Source: Felis catus
Lineage: Eukaryota
Assembly (NCBI RefSeq): GCF_018350175.1
Contig: NC_058368.1
Location: 100,070,001 to 100,134,000 of the forward strand
DNA: 64,000 bases
Reading direction: 5' to 3'
The notes beneath the pieces are model-generated. The model did not search any database. It saw only the letters and a program-made list of their open reading frames with translations, and was not told the origin of the DNA. Of the stretch, positions 12,582 through 24,256 are shown piece by piece (the first letter of the stretch is position 1; the number at the start of each line of letters is the position of its first letter). Position numbers and translations under genes: made by a program.

Positions 12582-13817
12582 GGACCTTTTTAAAATTTAA
12601 GAGAAATAAATTTCTCTGCAAAAAGACTTTGGAATTTATTTTGTATGAAAGAAAGCTAAGTGTTCCTTTCTGGTTAGTCATTTTATGTAGAATTAACCCC
12701 ATACACTAGAAACGTTGTAGTGCAAAATTATCATATAAGCCCTGAACTGGTGTGTTTTCTTTTAATTTCTAATGAATATTTTTTTCACCATGTTCATGTG
12801 TGGTGCGTGCAGGGACCAGATAACCTTTCAACACCAAGTACATGTAAAATATCCTTGGAATACATTACTTAGCTGCTATGTAAAATATCTGTTGCTGGGT
12901 TTAAAAATGGATCTTAGTTTTACAGTTGGTATGAAATCTTTTCTCAGAAAGAATATAAATCTTTTAGCTGGCTTATTAGCTAAGGTAGTTTCCCACCCAT
13001 TCATAATATGATATGTAGGTTTCAATGAGTCCCTAAGTCATATTTTACCTTCTCCCATTCTCCCAGTTATTTGTTCTTACCTTTGCTTCATAAAGAAAAC
13101 GCCCACACGTGCAACTGAAACTTTATTCACAAATCCTGAATTGGCCATTTCTATTGATAAGAGATTTTACTGACCTCCTTTAGATTTTCTTTTTTCTCAC
13201 TAACAAATAGGCATTTTAAATTTCTTTACTCTGGTCCAGTCCTTTCAACAAATGTCTTATACTGGAATCTAGGGGCAAAGATGTGTAAGACACCTTTCTT
13301 AACCTGGAAGAACCTTACGCTCTGTGTTTTTCATTCCTTTTTTATATCAGGAAAATGGAAGGCAAAGGTTAATATAAGCATAACTTATTCGGTGACTGAT
13401 TTGTATAATGCCTAAAACCATTTCGTTTGGACTAGATAGCTTACTACCTGGCCATGTTAAAGTTTGCTTCCTTCTTATGTTCTTGAAGCAGAACTGTTCC
13501 CAATAAGCTGGTTAGAATGTACTTTCACTTCTGAATAGTTAGCCAAAAAGCTGGAATTGTCGCATCTCTTTATTGTTCAAGCCTCTAAATATCATTTGTA
13601 CTTTCAGAGCTCTCTACTTTTTTAACTAAATTAAGGCTTTTTGGAGTTTTATCCCCAAACCTTGCAATTTCACTTGTTTTTCAAACTCTTGTGCGGAGCC
13701 ATTCATTTATAACAAAGAGAGTAGATGTATTGTCAGGTAAGACACACCACAGCTGAAAATCCTAAAAATTACCCATCATCCAAAGCATTCTTTGAAAATT
13801 GTCAATTACTTCAAGTT

Positions 13818-13857
<40 letters not shown>

Positions 13858-13858
13858 A
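13818..13858. repeat. (AAAT)n microsatellite
   Basis: About 10 units. Confidence 0.95.
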
Positions 13859-14067
13859 TTCCCTATCTTCGCAATTAAAATCACTGATCTAGTGGACCTT
13901 AGTGGAATTTGCTATAGCAACTGGCTTTCATAATCCATCTGAAATGTAATTCATTCTTAAAATATGACTAAAATCATATGGCCAAATTATAACCTATTTA
14001 GTTTTTCATACAATCCAAGAAAAATGAAAATGTTGTTTAAGACTTCTCACTTTAAAAATGTATTAGA

Positions 14068-14277
14068 GGGGACTCTTGAATGGCTCGGTCATTTGGGCAT
14101 CAGACTGTTGATTTCTGCTCAGGTCATGATCTCAGGATTCCTTGGTTCAAGCCCTGTATTGGGCTCTGCACTCCCAGCATGGTGCCTGCTTAGAATTCTT
14201 TGTCTCCCTCTCTCTGCCCCTCCCCTGCTTGCACTGTCTTTCCTTCTCTCTGTCTCAAAGTAAATGAACAGTTTTAA

Positions 14278-14320
<43 letters not shown>

Positions 14321-14321
14321 A
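14068..14321 (+). mobile_element. Can-SINE with (AAAT)n tail
   Basis: Sense consensus; TSD-like AATGTATTAGA/AATGTATATTAGA. Confidence 0.9.
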
Positions 14322-15037
14322 TGTATATTAGATATTCTGAGTCAGAATGTACATAAATCTAGAATTTAGAGCAATGAGAGACAGTTTGTGAGTTTTGAAA
14401 GTTTAACATGAACTTCCCAAGTAAACTCCACAACACACTCTGAGAAGGATGCAAAAAGGTTATGGGTTAAATTTCCTCTTACCATGCTGAAGGGAATACT
14501 AACATTTGAGGTGCTGTCTATCCATTTGTGATAATACATCAAGAGTCTTATTTAAAAGGCAGTGCCTGATTTCTTGTGAATAAACATATGGGAAGGGGGG
14601 ATAACTTCAGAATATAATATTTAATGGTGTTTTTGCATGGTCTAGAAAGACATTGGATTTATTAGTTTCTCCGTGCCTACTTACGATAGCACTAAACCGA
14701 AATTTTAGTTTGGGTACAGCATCCCTACCCATATAGGTTTGGTATTTAAACATGATTTAAAAGTTTTATATGGACTATAACTTGGGAGGTAGCATTCCCT
14801 ATGTTGTCATGTGGTTACATTTAAAACTAAGGCAATAACCAACTTGGCTCCAAGAGTGAGTATTGTCATAAGGAAAGGTTAAGCCATCCATATTGCATCT
14901 TAATTTACTTTGGTAATTTCATAACTTGGTATTAAGATACTTAATTCTGGGCATTATTTATGGTACATTGTGCTTGTCCAAATAATACAGTGTAATGAAT
15001 TACTTTGTAATATGAAGATTGGTAGGAGATAGAAAGT

Positions 15038-15290
15038 CTGTTAGTTTCCTAGTGCTGCTGTACAAATTATCACAGATTTGATGGCTTAAAACAAGAAGGA
15101 TATTTTATCCTAGAGTTCTAAAAGTCAGAAGTCTTAAAACAAGGATGTCAGCAGGGCTGTATGCCTTCTGGAGACCCTAAAGAATCATTTTGCTGCCATC
15201 TTCAGCTTTTACAAGCCACTTGCCTTCCTGCCCTCATGGCCCCTTCCTCCATCTTCAAGGCATGTTTGGGAAGCCATTCAACCTAGTACA
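15038..15290 (-). mobile_element. MLT1 (MaLR) LTR fragment
   Basis: TTAGTTTCCTAGTGCTGCTGTACAAATTATCACAGATTTGATGGCTTAAAACA...GTCAGCAGGGCTG motif. Confidence 0.7.
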
Positions 15291-15569
15291 GAATGTGTAA
15301 ATAATAGGTGCTTATGTTGTAAAACTAGGGGTTTATTATAACCCTAATTTGTGTTTGCGGGTTGTACTATCAAAGATAACAAATGTAAACAGTTGTCCTT
15401 CTTCATTCTGAGAATATGCTCCGTACTTTATAGCCAATTTTCAAAGGTGTTATATTCCTAAAAATCTCCCTTAGTTTTGATTGCAGCATTTGTTAAGTTT
15501 ATTGTCCACTATGTGTCTGGGGCCTTTGATATTTTGCAAAACAATGGATAAGATAAAAAGCAGGTACTC

Positions 15570-15715
15570 TGGTTCTTGCTGTTTGAGTAATAAACTGTCC
15601 TTTGTTTCTGGCCCAGGAGTTTTGTGTCTACTGGTGTCATCCATCAGACTATGCCAGGCTAACCTGTTAACTTTCAAGGAGGGTAAATTCTCAGACCCTT
15701 CACAGATCTTGATAA
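15570..15715 (+). mobile_element. ERV1 LTR 3' fragment (MER34-like)
   Basis: AATAAA...CCCAGGAGTT...GGCTAACCTGTTA...CTCAGACCCTTCACAG resembles the end of MER34-type LTRs. Confidence 0.5.
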
Positions 15716-16385
15716 TGGCTGTTGTTTATAATTAGCTCAAAAAATGCCCAGTCTTTTTTAGTGGCAACATTTCTTTAAATATATTCAACATTGTTAAATT
15801 CAGATCAACTTCAGTCTGTACTTCTCTTTTAAGTGTATTGTGTTTATTTTGAACCTTCGTAACATTTTCCCTGTAGTAGTTCTGAAAGACCACAGAAGTT
15901 GCCAAAATTACCTACTGGGATTGCTCAGCACCTCACATTTATTAAAAAACACACTTTTTTTGTGTGTTGAAAAGTACATTAAACACAGCTTATAGAAATC
16001 ATTACTGCTTCATTTAAAACTAGAAGGTTCTTACACAGTAGAAGGTTCTGATGATATTCAAATGGTCATATGACATTGGAAACCATGAAATACGGTTTGC
16101 TTTTGTGTTAGTTTTCACATGAATGCTTTTAAATATGGTGAAGATCTTTTGGATTACATCATAGAAGCAATAAAATAAGTAGTGATCTAGTAGAAGCACT
16201 AATTAATTGGTCTTACCACAAACTACCGGACCTTGGACAAATCACATGATTTAATTGGGTCTTCTTTTCCATTTGATAAAGAATTGAACAAAGATAATTT
16301 GGGTTCCTTTTAGTTTAGCATTTGTTCATTTATTTTCATACCTTATTTTTATTTATATAGTCGTTTTAACAATAAAAACCACTTT

Positions 16386-16655
16386 AGGAGTGCCTGTGTG
16401 GCTCAGTTGGTTAAGCATCTGACTTCGGCTCAGGTCACAGTCTCACGGTTCATCATTTCAAGACTCGCTTCGAGTGAACTCGAGCCGCACTTCAGGTTCT
16501 GCGCTGACAGACTGGAACCTGCATGGGATTCTCTATCTCTCTCCCTCTCTCTCTTTGCCCCTTGCTTATTACTCTTTCACTCATGCCCTCTCTCAAAACT
16601 AAATACATTTTTAAAAGATTCAGGAATCCTCATTTTATTAAAAAAAAAAAAAAAG
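16386..16655 (+). mobile_element. Can-SINE with extra internal and 3' sequence
   Basis: Sense SINE; TSD AATAAAAACYACTT at 16371-16384 and 16656-16669. Confidence 0.9.
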
Positions 16656-17142
16656 AATAAAAACTACTTCCCATAAATTCCAAAATATAGTGTTTCCTTG
16701 TTAATTTTCAGAAACCCTGAAATTTCTGTTTATATTTTCCCTTTCTCAAGAGTTGTTTGAGGATTTTGTTGTTTTTTAAAAAATCATGGTAGGAGAGCTT
16801 TTTTGTTTATAGGTTGATTTTCTTTATTCCTACTTTTTCATTGTGATCAGGGAGTATTGTTCATATTTTGCTTGATAATACTTTACTTTGACTTAATATT
16901 TGATCAGTCGTTTAATGTTCCATGTATGCTTGAGAAGGTATGATTTGTATTATAAGAGCTTAATGTTCGTAACAAATCCATAAGACAGATAGATATACCT
17001 TATTAGGTTAAGACTTTCTAATGCCTTTTTCCTCTTATTTTGAGATCTGTTGAATGGAGAGTTGTGTGAAAGTCTTCTGTTAGTAATGTATTTCTATTTC
17101 TCCATATCCTGTAGTTTTCTGTTTGTCTTGTTTCATTTTTTC

Positions 17143-17366
17143 TTTTTTTTTTAATTTTTTTTTAACGTTTATTTATTTTTGAGACAGAGAGAGACAGAGC
17201 ATGAACAGATGAGGGTCAGAGAGAGAGGGAGACACAGAATCGGAAACAGGCTCCAGGCTCTGAGCTGTCAGCACAGAGCCCGACGTGGGGCTCGAAATCA
17301 TGGACCGTGAGATCATGACCTGAGCCAAAGTTAGGCACTTAACCGACTGAGCCACCCAGGCGCCCC
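17143..17366 (-). mobile_element. Young Can-SINE
   Basis: Full antisense consensus. Confidence 0.96.
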
Positions 17367-17713
17367 AACATTTTTTGTCTTTATCTAAATTATTTTTTAT
17401 CTGATACATGATCTCAACTCTTGTTTTCTAATTGTTTCTATTTGCCTCATGTATCTTTGCAAATTCCTTTATTTTTAGCGTTTTTGAATAACATTTTTGT
17501 GTGTCTCATATAAATGGCATAGACTTAGGTTTTGCTTTTTGATCTAGTCTGGACATCTTTTCCTTCTAGTAGGTACATTAAACTAATTCACATTAAAATA
17601 TACTCCTTGTGTTCTCAACTCTGTCATATAATATTGTACTTTCTAATTATTGGGTATTCTATGTTGTATTTGTCTAGATGTCTCTTTTTGCAATGTTTAA
17701 GAAGTTTGTGGTA

Positions 17714-17934
17714 CGGGCGCCTGGGTGGCTCAGTCGGTTGAGCGGCCGACTTCAGCTCAGGTCATGATCTCGCGGTCTGTGAGTTCGAGCCCCACGTCGG
17801 GCTCTGTGCTGACAGCTCAGAGCCTGGAGCCTGTTTCGGATTCTGTGTCTCCCTCTCTCTGACCCTCCCCCATTCATGCTCTGTCTCTCTCTGTCTCAAA
17901 AATAAATAAACGTTAAAAAAAAAAGTTAAAAAAA
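17714..17934 (+). mobile_element. Young Can-SINE
   Basis: Perfect TSD AAGAAGTTTGTGGTA at 17699-17713 and 17935-17949. Confidence 0.97.
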
Positions 17935-18914
17935 AAGAAGTTTGTGGTATTTAGAAAGATACATATTTTTGTTACATGGTTTATTTATCTTTGTATTTAC
18001 ATATTTTATATAATGCCCTTACTTTCCCATTTTCTTATGTAATATTTTACTTTCCAGTCCATTTTAAACCCTGTCCTTTGACTCCTGCATATTACCTAAA
18101 CAGTAGTCAATGAGTGATCTTATTCTACTCTCCCTTTCTCTCCTATTTTTTCAGCTGCATTTTCGTTTTACTTAGATTATGTCAAGTTTACCTTCAATTC
18201 TTTATCCTGTGCCCCCATATTTGTTTTCATTATAGCTCGGCAAATAGATACTCATCATCAGTCCTTTTACCAAAGTTATCTCTTGTTGGCCAAAGCTTTT
18301 CCTCTTGAAGATTCCTCTGGAGAGGAGAGGCAGATGTGTGCAACATTCTCTGAATTTTTGCAGGTTCAAAACTTTTTCCTGTAGACTTGATACTTGTAGA
18401 GCAGCTTGACTAGGTATAAAATCCTTGGCTTGAACCTGCTTACCTTGAAAATGCTTCTCTGAACTCGCTTTGAATATTATTCTTGATAACAACCTTTATT
18501 TTCTTACTCTTAAACTAAATTGTTATTTTTGCCTCCAGTCTCTGAAGATTTTTTCTTTGTTTTTAATTTCTAATGGCTTTACAAAGATAGGTTGCATTAT
18601 TGATCATTGTAACTCATTTTAGCTTTTCTGTTTTTTAAGTTTTCTATTGTTGGTTTTCCCAAACAATATTTCTAGAAAACAAAGTTTTCTATTGTTTGTT
18701 TTCCCAAACAAAATGTTTTCTGTTTTTAAGTTTTCTATTGTTTGTTTTCTATTGTTTGTTTTTTTTTAGAATCACAATTTTAAGTATTGGTTTCTTTCAT
18801 TGTTTTGTTTTTCATCTTCAGAGATAACAATTATAGATATGTGGGATCCTCCTTTGCTATTTTCTTTATCTCATTTTCATTTTCTTGGTAGTTTTCTTGA
18901 CTTTCTTCAAAAAT

Positions 18915-19326
18915 TATTTTTCTTTTTTTAATGTTTATTTATTTTTGAGACAGAGCATGAGAAGGAGCGGGGCACAGAGAGAGGGGGCAGAGGCTCCGAA
19001 GGGAGCTGTGCACAGACAGCAGAAAGCCCGATGAAGGCCTTGAACTTACAAACTGTGAGATCACGACTTGAGTTGAAGTCGGGCACTCAACCAACTGAGC
19101 CTCCCAGGTTTTGGTTTTTGTTTTTGTTTTTAAGTTTATTTTTTTATTTTGACAGAGAGAGAGAGCATTCAAGCAGGGAAAGCGCAGAGGGAGGGGGGAA
19201 GCGGGCACTATGCTATCAGCTCACAGCCAGCATCAGGCCCGAGCTCATTGAAACTGTGAGATTATGACCTGAGCTGAAATCAAGGGTTGGATGACGCTCA
19301 ACCAGCTGCACCACCTAACTGCCCCA
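18915..19326 (-). mobile_element. Two tandem Can-SINEs
   Basis: Two antisense monomers (about 18915-19108 and 19110-19326) inside the repeat TTGAYTTTCTTCAA. Confidence 0.9.
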
Positions 19327-20497
19327 GTTGATTTTCTTCAAGATGCTTTATTGAATTTTTCTTTGAATCTGTTCTCCATCTCTGAGATGTTTTATTTTTC
19401 TTTTCTTTCATTTTATTTCCTAAACTTTGTCAGCTGTTCATGTATTTCTTTGTTCTACCTGTTTCTGTTCTTACTGTCTTAATTTCTAATTTTGCATATT
19501 TTTTGTATAAATCCAAATGCTTGTTTGAGACTCCCTAATACAGTTTGGAGGGTATTTACAGTTTTTGTTTGTTTCATAATTTTAGGAGAGAATCTATGAA
19601 ATAAAATGTTTTTATTTACATTTTCTGTTTTCTTCTTTCCTTAATTTTATATGAATTTAATTTTTTTTGAAATCCTAGCCATCTGGATCCACCATATATC
19701 ATTTTTTTTAATGAATGTTGATAAGGAGGAATTAGTTTACCTGTCTTTTGTTTTGTCTCCAAAGGGCCCTATATTTCTCTCTTTCTTCCTTTACCTTCAT
19801 CATTATATCTGAAAGGAGGAACAAAGCCCCTATTTATCTGGTTCTATGCCTGCTTCTTGAGGCCCCTGCCTTCAGAACCACTTATTTCAAGCACTCCCTT
19901 GTAGCCATTGCTATGAATTACCAAGTCTCAGTCTTGTATCCATTTTGACTCTCTGTAGTAGTTTTTGTTTTCTAGTGGTGCTTTTTGTCTGTAATTCATG
20001 TATGTCCTTCACTCACGTTTTTTTTTCTCCCAGAGTCTTCTTAATCTTGTATTCCCTGGCTTTTTGTGTGCACAAGATTGTGATGCAGTGAGTGCTCTGT
20101 TGAATTTGGTTTTAAGTTTCTCAACTTGATGTTTTAAAGTTTCCGTTATCCTGTATCTCCTAATAATGAAGAAGGCATGGTTCTTGTCGTCCTTGTTGAA
20201 TTTATTCTTTAGGAGGGAGTATGTGGATGGTTTGAGATTTAGGCAACATCATTCCCTTCTGGAAGCATTATGTTCATATTTGCAATAAAATTTAACTGAT
20301 TCACTCTTTAGAATGACTTTTTCACTTACAGAGTAGAAAAAAGTACTTATAGCCAGCCATTGACAAAAGCAGGGCAAGTCTTAAGATTTGGATTTTTTTT
20401 TTTTTTTTTTTTAGCTGTACTGTAAATAATTTTACTGACTTTAAACTACCTCGGGGAAGCTAATCTTTCATATTAATTCATCAGTTCCTAAAGATGT

Positions 20498-20536
20498 ATT
20501 ATATATACATACACACACACACACACACACACACAC
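20498..20536. repeat. (TA)n(CA)n microsatellite
   Basis: Seen directly. Confidence 0.95.
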
Positions 20537-21847
20537 TTAAAAGAGTCTTTTCTTTTTATGCTGTTTATATAGATTTTTTAAATATTTATATTAGTGTACA
20601 GTCATATTAGTGTATATACAATAAGAATGAATATTCTCAGAAACCGTGCTTTCTGATCTTTATGACATTGGATCATAATTATCAATATTTAATTTTTTTT
20701 CCATTCTCCTCTTCCCAAAAACATAGTTTTACACAGCTCTTTAATATAGAATATGTGGACATTTTTCAGGAGATACACAAGTCAGTACATACAAGGATAT
20801 CATTCTGCTCCTATTTATTAAAAGATAAAAATCAGAAAAGTTTGGTTAAACAAATAAGGACAGTGATGTAAGAGAATGGGGGAAAAAAAAGGATAAACAT
20901 TGGCCCTGTCATTAGATGATAAAGCTAGCTCACAAAATGCTATGGTTCTATTTTTATTTAAAATATAATTTAAATCATTTTCGTGTAATAGTACCTACAC
21001 AATTTTTACCATATCACACACGTCTACCTCACTGTCAGTCAATGTTGTTTTAAAACTAACTAGCTAATTTTTTATTTAGCTGTCTTCTCAACAATATTAT
21101 GAAAAAAAAAATATGCAAATGTTCCCTGTATTTTTTTCCTGCACAATAGAATAACTTGATAGCTGTTAAGAGAAACTTCATTTTTGTATGGTCTAAAGTC
21201 ACCCTTTGTTACTTAGTGAAATGTATGTCAAACTTAAATTCTCTTAAAGAAGCATGTGCAAGAGTGTGTAATAGAATTGTAACCATGTAAATAAACAGTG
21301 CTAGTAATTTTACTTATTTTTTCTCTGCTTTTCTGTTTTTCAATTTTCTAAAATTAGCTCTTTGCATAATCTAAAAGTATTGTGTAGGTTAGATTTTTTA
21401 ATAAATAATTAAAATTAAGTATTTCTCTATAAAGATTTACATTTTGATATAAAATGATATAATTGCCAATGTCCTGAAATGTCATTGAAATAAGTAATTT
21501 CTTTGAATCTTGAAATCTTAAATTAACATTTTGAATTATTTTTATCTTATTTCAGTTAAAGAGTTTTTATCATGGTAGAGATTTCTTGGCACATTGAATT
21601 TTCTGGCTTCCTTGGAATCTGAGTGTAATTATCTTAGGAGGATTAGCTCTTAAATTCCTTTTTCTGTGGTTTTTCAGAGTATGATAATTTATTACTATGA
21701 TAGGAGTTATTCTCGTTTAAAAACTAAGAACTTATTTAATATCAAATTTCTTAAAAGCAAAACATGGGAAGGAATGTACCTCATAATAATTAGTAATGAA
21801 TGATGCTTTAAAATTAGACTCATAACTAAAATTTATTTTTTTTATAG

Positions 21848-21919
21848 GAATTGAAACCTGATATAGTAACTAAATCTGCTCTCGGTGATGATATCAACTT
21901 CGAAAAAATCTGCAAAAAG
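21848..21919 (+). CDS. SRFBP1: SRFBP1 internal coding exon (human exon 4 equivalent), 72 nt, phase 0/0
   Basis: T-rich tract, tatAG acceptor and AAG|GTATAT donor. Translates ELKPDIVTKSALGDDINFEKICKK, recognised as SRFBP1 N-terminal sequence. Earlier exons were not found, so they presumably lie left of the window. Confidence 0.95.
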
Positions 21920-22261
21920 GTATATCTATAATTGGTTGACTTTCTTTTTCTTGTCACCCTTTTCCTTGAAAACTTACCAACCAGCTAGTTACTATTAATG
22001 TATGATGATTTTTCCCCACTTGAGCTCCAGTATTGCCACTAAAAAAATATTGTATGGTAATTTATGAATACTGCTTTGCTTGTAACATCACACCTTCAAA
22101 GTCCTTAAAGGTATGTTGAACTTAAAATGTGCCATTTATGTGAGACAACAATTAGTCTCTTATTCTTACTAATGAGTACAAAGAGTATTTTTATTTTTTT
22201 CCAAGTAATTTTTGTTACTAATTTATTTAATCAACATATTTACTGCTCTTTGAAAGATTAT

Positions 22262-22380
22262 TTTTACCCCTGTTTTTACAAATGAGGAAACGGAAGATCA
22301 GAAAGCATGGAGTGAGCTGAGTCAAGGAGACCACTGTTACGTGGCACAGTTAGGACTGCAAACCAGTTCTGCACCATACT
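22262..22380 (-). mobile_element. MIR fragment
   Basis: TTTTACAAATGAGGAAACGGAAGATCAGA MIR core. Confidence 0.7.
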
Positions 22381-22459
22381 ATCCCCCCCCCCCTTTCTCT
22401 TTCCCTTCCTGTTTCCCCTTTTTCATTTCCACTCACTCTGTAGTGTCTACATATAAGAG

Positions 22460-23130
22460 TTCCAACCTGAAAACAGATTTTGGATTAATTGATGTTTTTG
22501 TGTTTTTCTATTTTCACTTTCATTGGCATTTGTTCTAACCCATGTTGCTTCTTGTTTCGTGCATTTGTGTTCATTTTGCTCTTTTTCTAGTTTCTTAATG
22601 TGGAAACTTCAGGCCCTGATTTTAGACCTTTCCTCTTCTGTAACAGAAGCACATAGTGCTATAAAGTTACCTCTAAGCACTCTTTTACCTGCACCCTTAA
22701 ATTTGGTATGTTGTATTCTCGTCTTTGAGTTCAAAGAACTCAATTTTTCAAAGAACTTAATTTTCCTTTGAAACTTCATCTTTGACTTGTGGTTTAATTC
22801 TAAGTGTATTGTTTAGTTTCTGAGCAATTAGGGGATCTTCTAGGTATCTTTTCATTACTGTTCCCTTTATGATCCATGAGCACATTTTCTCTGATTTTTA
22901 TTTGTGTTATGGTTCAGAACGTGGCTTATTTTGGTGAATATTTCCTGTGCATTTGAAAACGATATGTTTTCTCTTGGGATCAGTGTCCTAAAAATGTCAG
23001 GTAGGTCACATTAGTTGTTGGTGTTGTTCGGGTGATTTCTTTCTTTACTGATTTTCTGCCTATTTGTTTTATTGAGTACCAAGAGACACGTGTTGGAATC
23101 TCCAACTATGAATGTCAGTTTGCCCACTGA
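22460..23130 (-). mobile_element. Old L1 ORF2 fragment
   Basis: Antisense L1 motifs (GCTATAAAGTTACCTCTAAGCAC, TTGGTGAATATTTCCTGTGCATTTGAAAA). Confidence 0.7.
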
Positions 23131-23171
23131 TTTTTCTACAATTGGTATGAGACATGTCAAATTTTAAAGCA

Positions 23172-23382
23172 TTTTTTAAAAAACTGTTTATTTATTTTGA
23201 GAGGGAGAGAGTGCACACACAGATGGGGTAGGGACAGAGAGAGAGAGACAGAGAGAGAGGGAGAGGGAATCCCAAGCAGGCTCCATGCTCAGCACAGAGC
23301 ACTACACAGGGCTTGATCCCATGACCATGAGATCATGACCTAAGCCAAAATCAAGAGCTGGACTGAGCCACCCAGGCATCCC
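23172..23382 (-). mobile_element. Can-SINE
   Basis: TSD AATTTTAAAGCATTTT. Confidence 0.9.
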
Positions 23383-24024
23383 TGAATTTTAAAGCATTTT
23401 AAGATGGTAAGAACATAAAAGAGTTTTGTTTGTTTGAAGGGAGGGAGAGTTTGTTGTTGTTGTCATTGTCCAACATTAACCAAAAAAAAAAAAAAACCAC
23501 TTAAGTCTTGAATGTGGTTTTACAACAGCCTCTCTATTTTGTAGCAGCATAATTTTACAGTAATTTTTCATAGCATTTTATTCATGAAGAGAAGGAAAAA
23601 ATATGATCCTATTATGGTTTTAAACTGTAGTTTGGTCTGTATCTCAGGCATAATGGTGACATACATGTTAAATAGAATAGTGGTAACTGTAAAAATATCA
23701 TAGAATATATTTTTGTTTTGAGAGTTTAAAAAAATAATCTTTTAAGATTTTACTGAAATAAATTTTTCGAACTTTCTGGATGCTAAATTTAAATTCTAGA
23801 AGTATTTCATTAATGTTTCACTTACGGTGAGACTAAAAAGCAATGTAGTATCCTAATAATAATAAGTTTCCATTTAAACTCTTAACAGTAAAACTTGGCA
23901 GTATTTGAAAATACCCATGATAAAAAAATCCAATGTTTGTATTTTTTTTTTTTTTAAATCTTCCTAGCCTGATTGTTTTCACTTTGGAAGGTTAATATTA
24001 GTACATGTGTCATGTACATTTTTT

Positions 24025-24150
24025 AGGAGTGCCTGGGTGGCTCGGTAAGTTAAGCGTCCGATTTTTTATTTCTGCTAGGTCATGATCTCATGGTTTGCTG
24101 GATCAAGCCCCATATCAGGCTCTGCACTGACAGCACGGTGCCTGCTTGAG

Positions 24151-24203
<53 letters not shown>

Positions 24204-24256
24204 ACACCTGCTCGTGCATGTGCGCGTTTTCTCAAAAAATAAACATTTTTTTTAAA
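24025..24256 (+). mobile_element. Can-SINE with long (CT)n
   Basis: Sense consensus. Confidence 0.9.

Noticed and set aside
21920..21930. GTATATCT donor as a U12-type intron
   Set aside because: Does not match the GTATCCTT U12 consensus.
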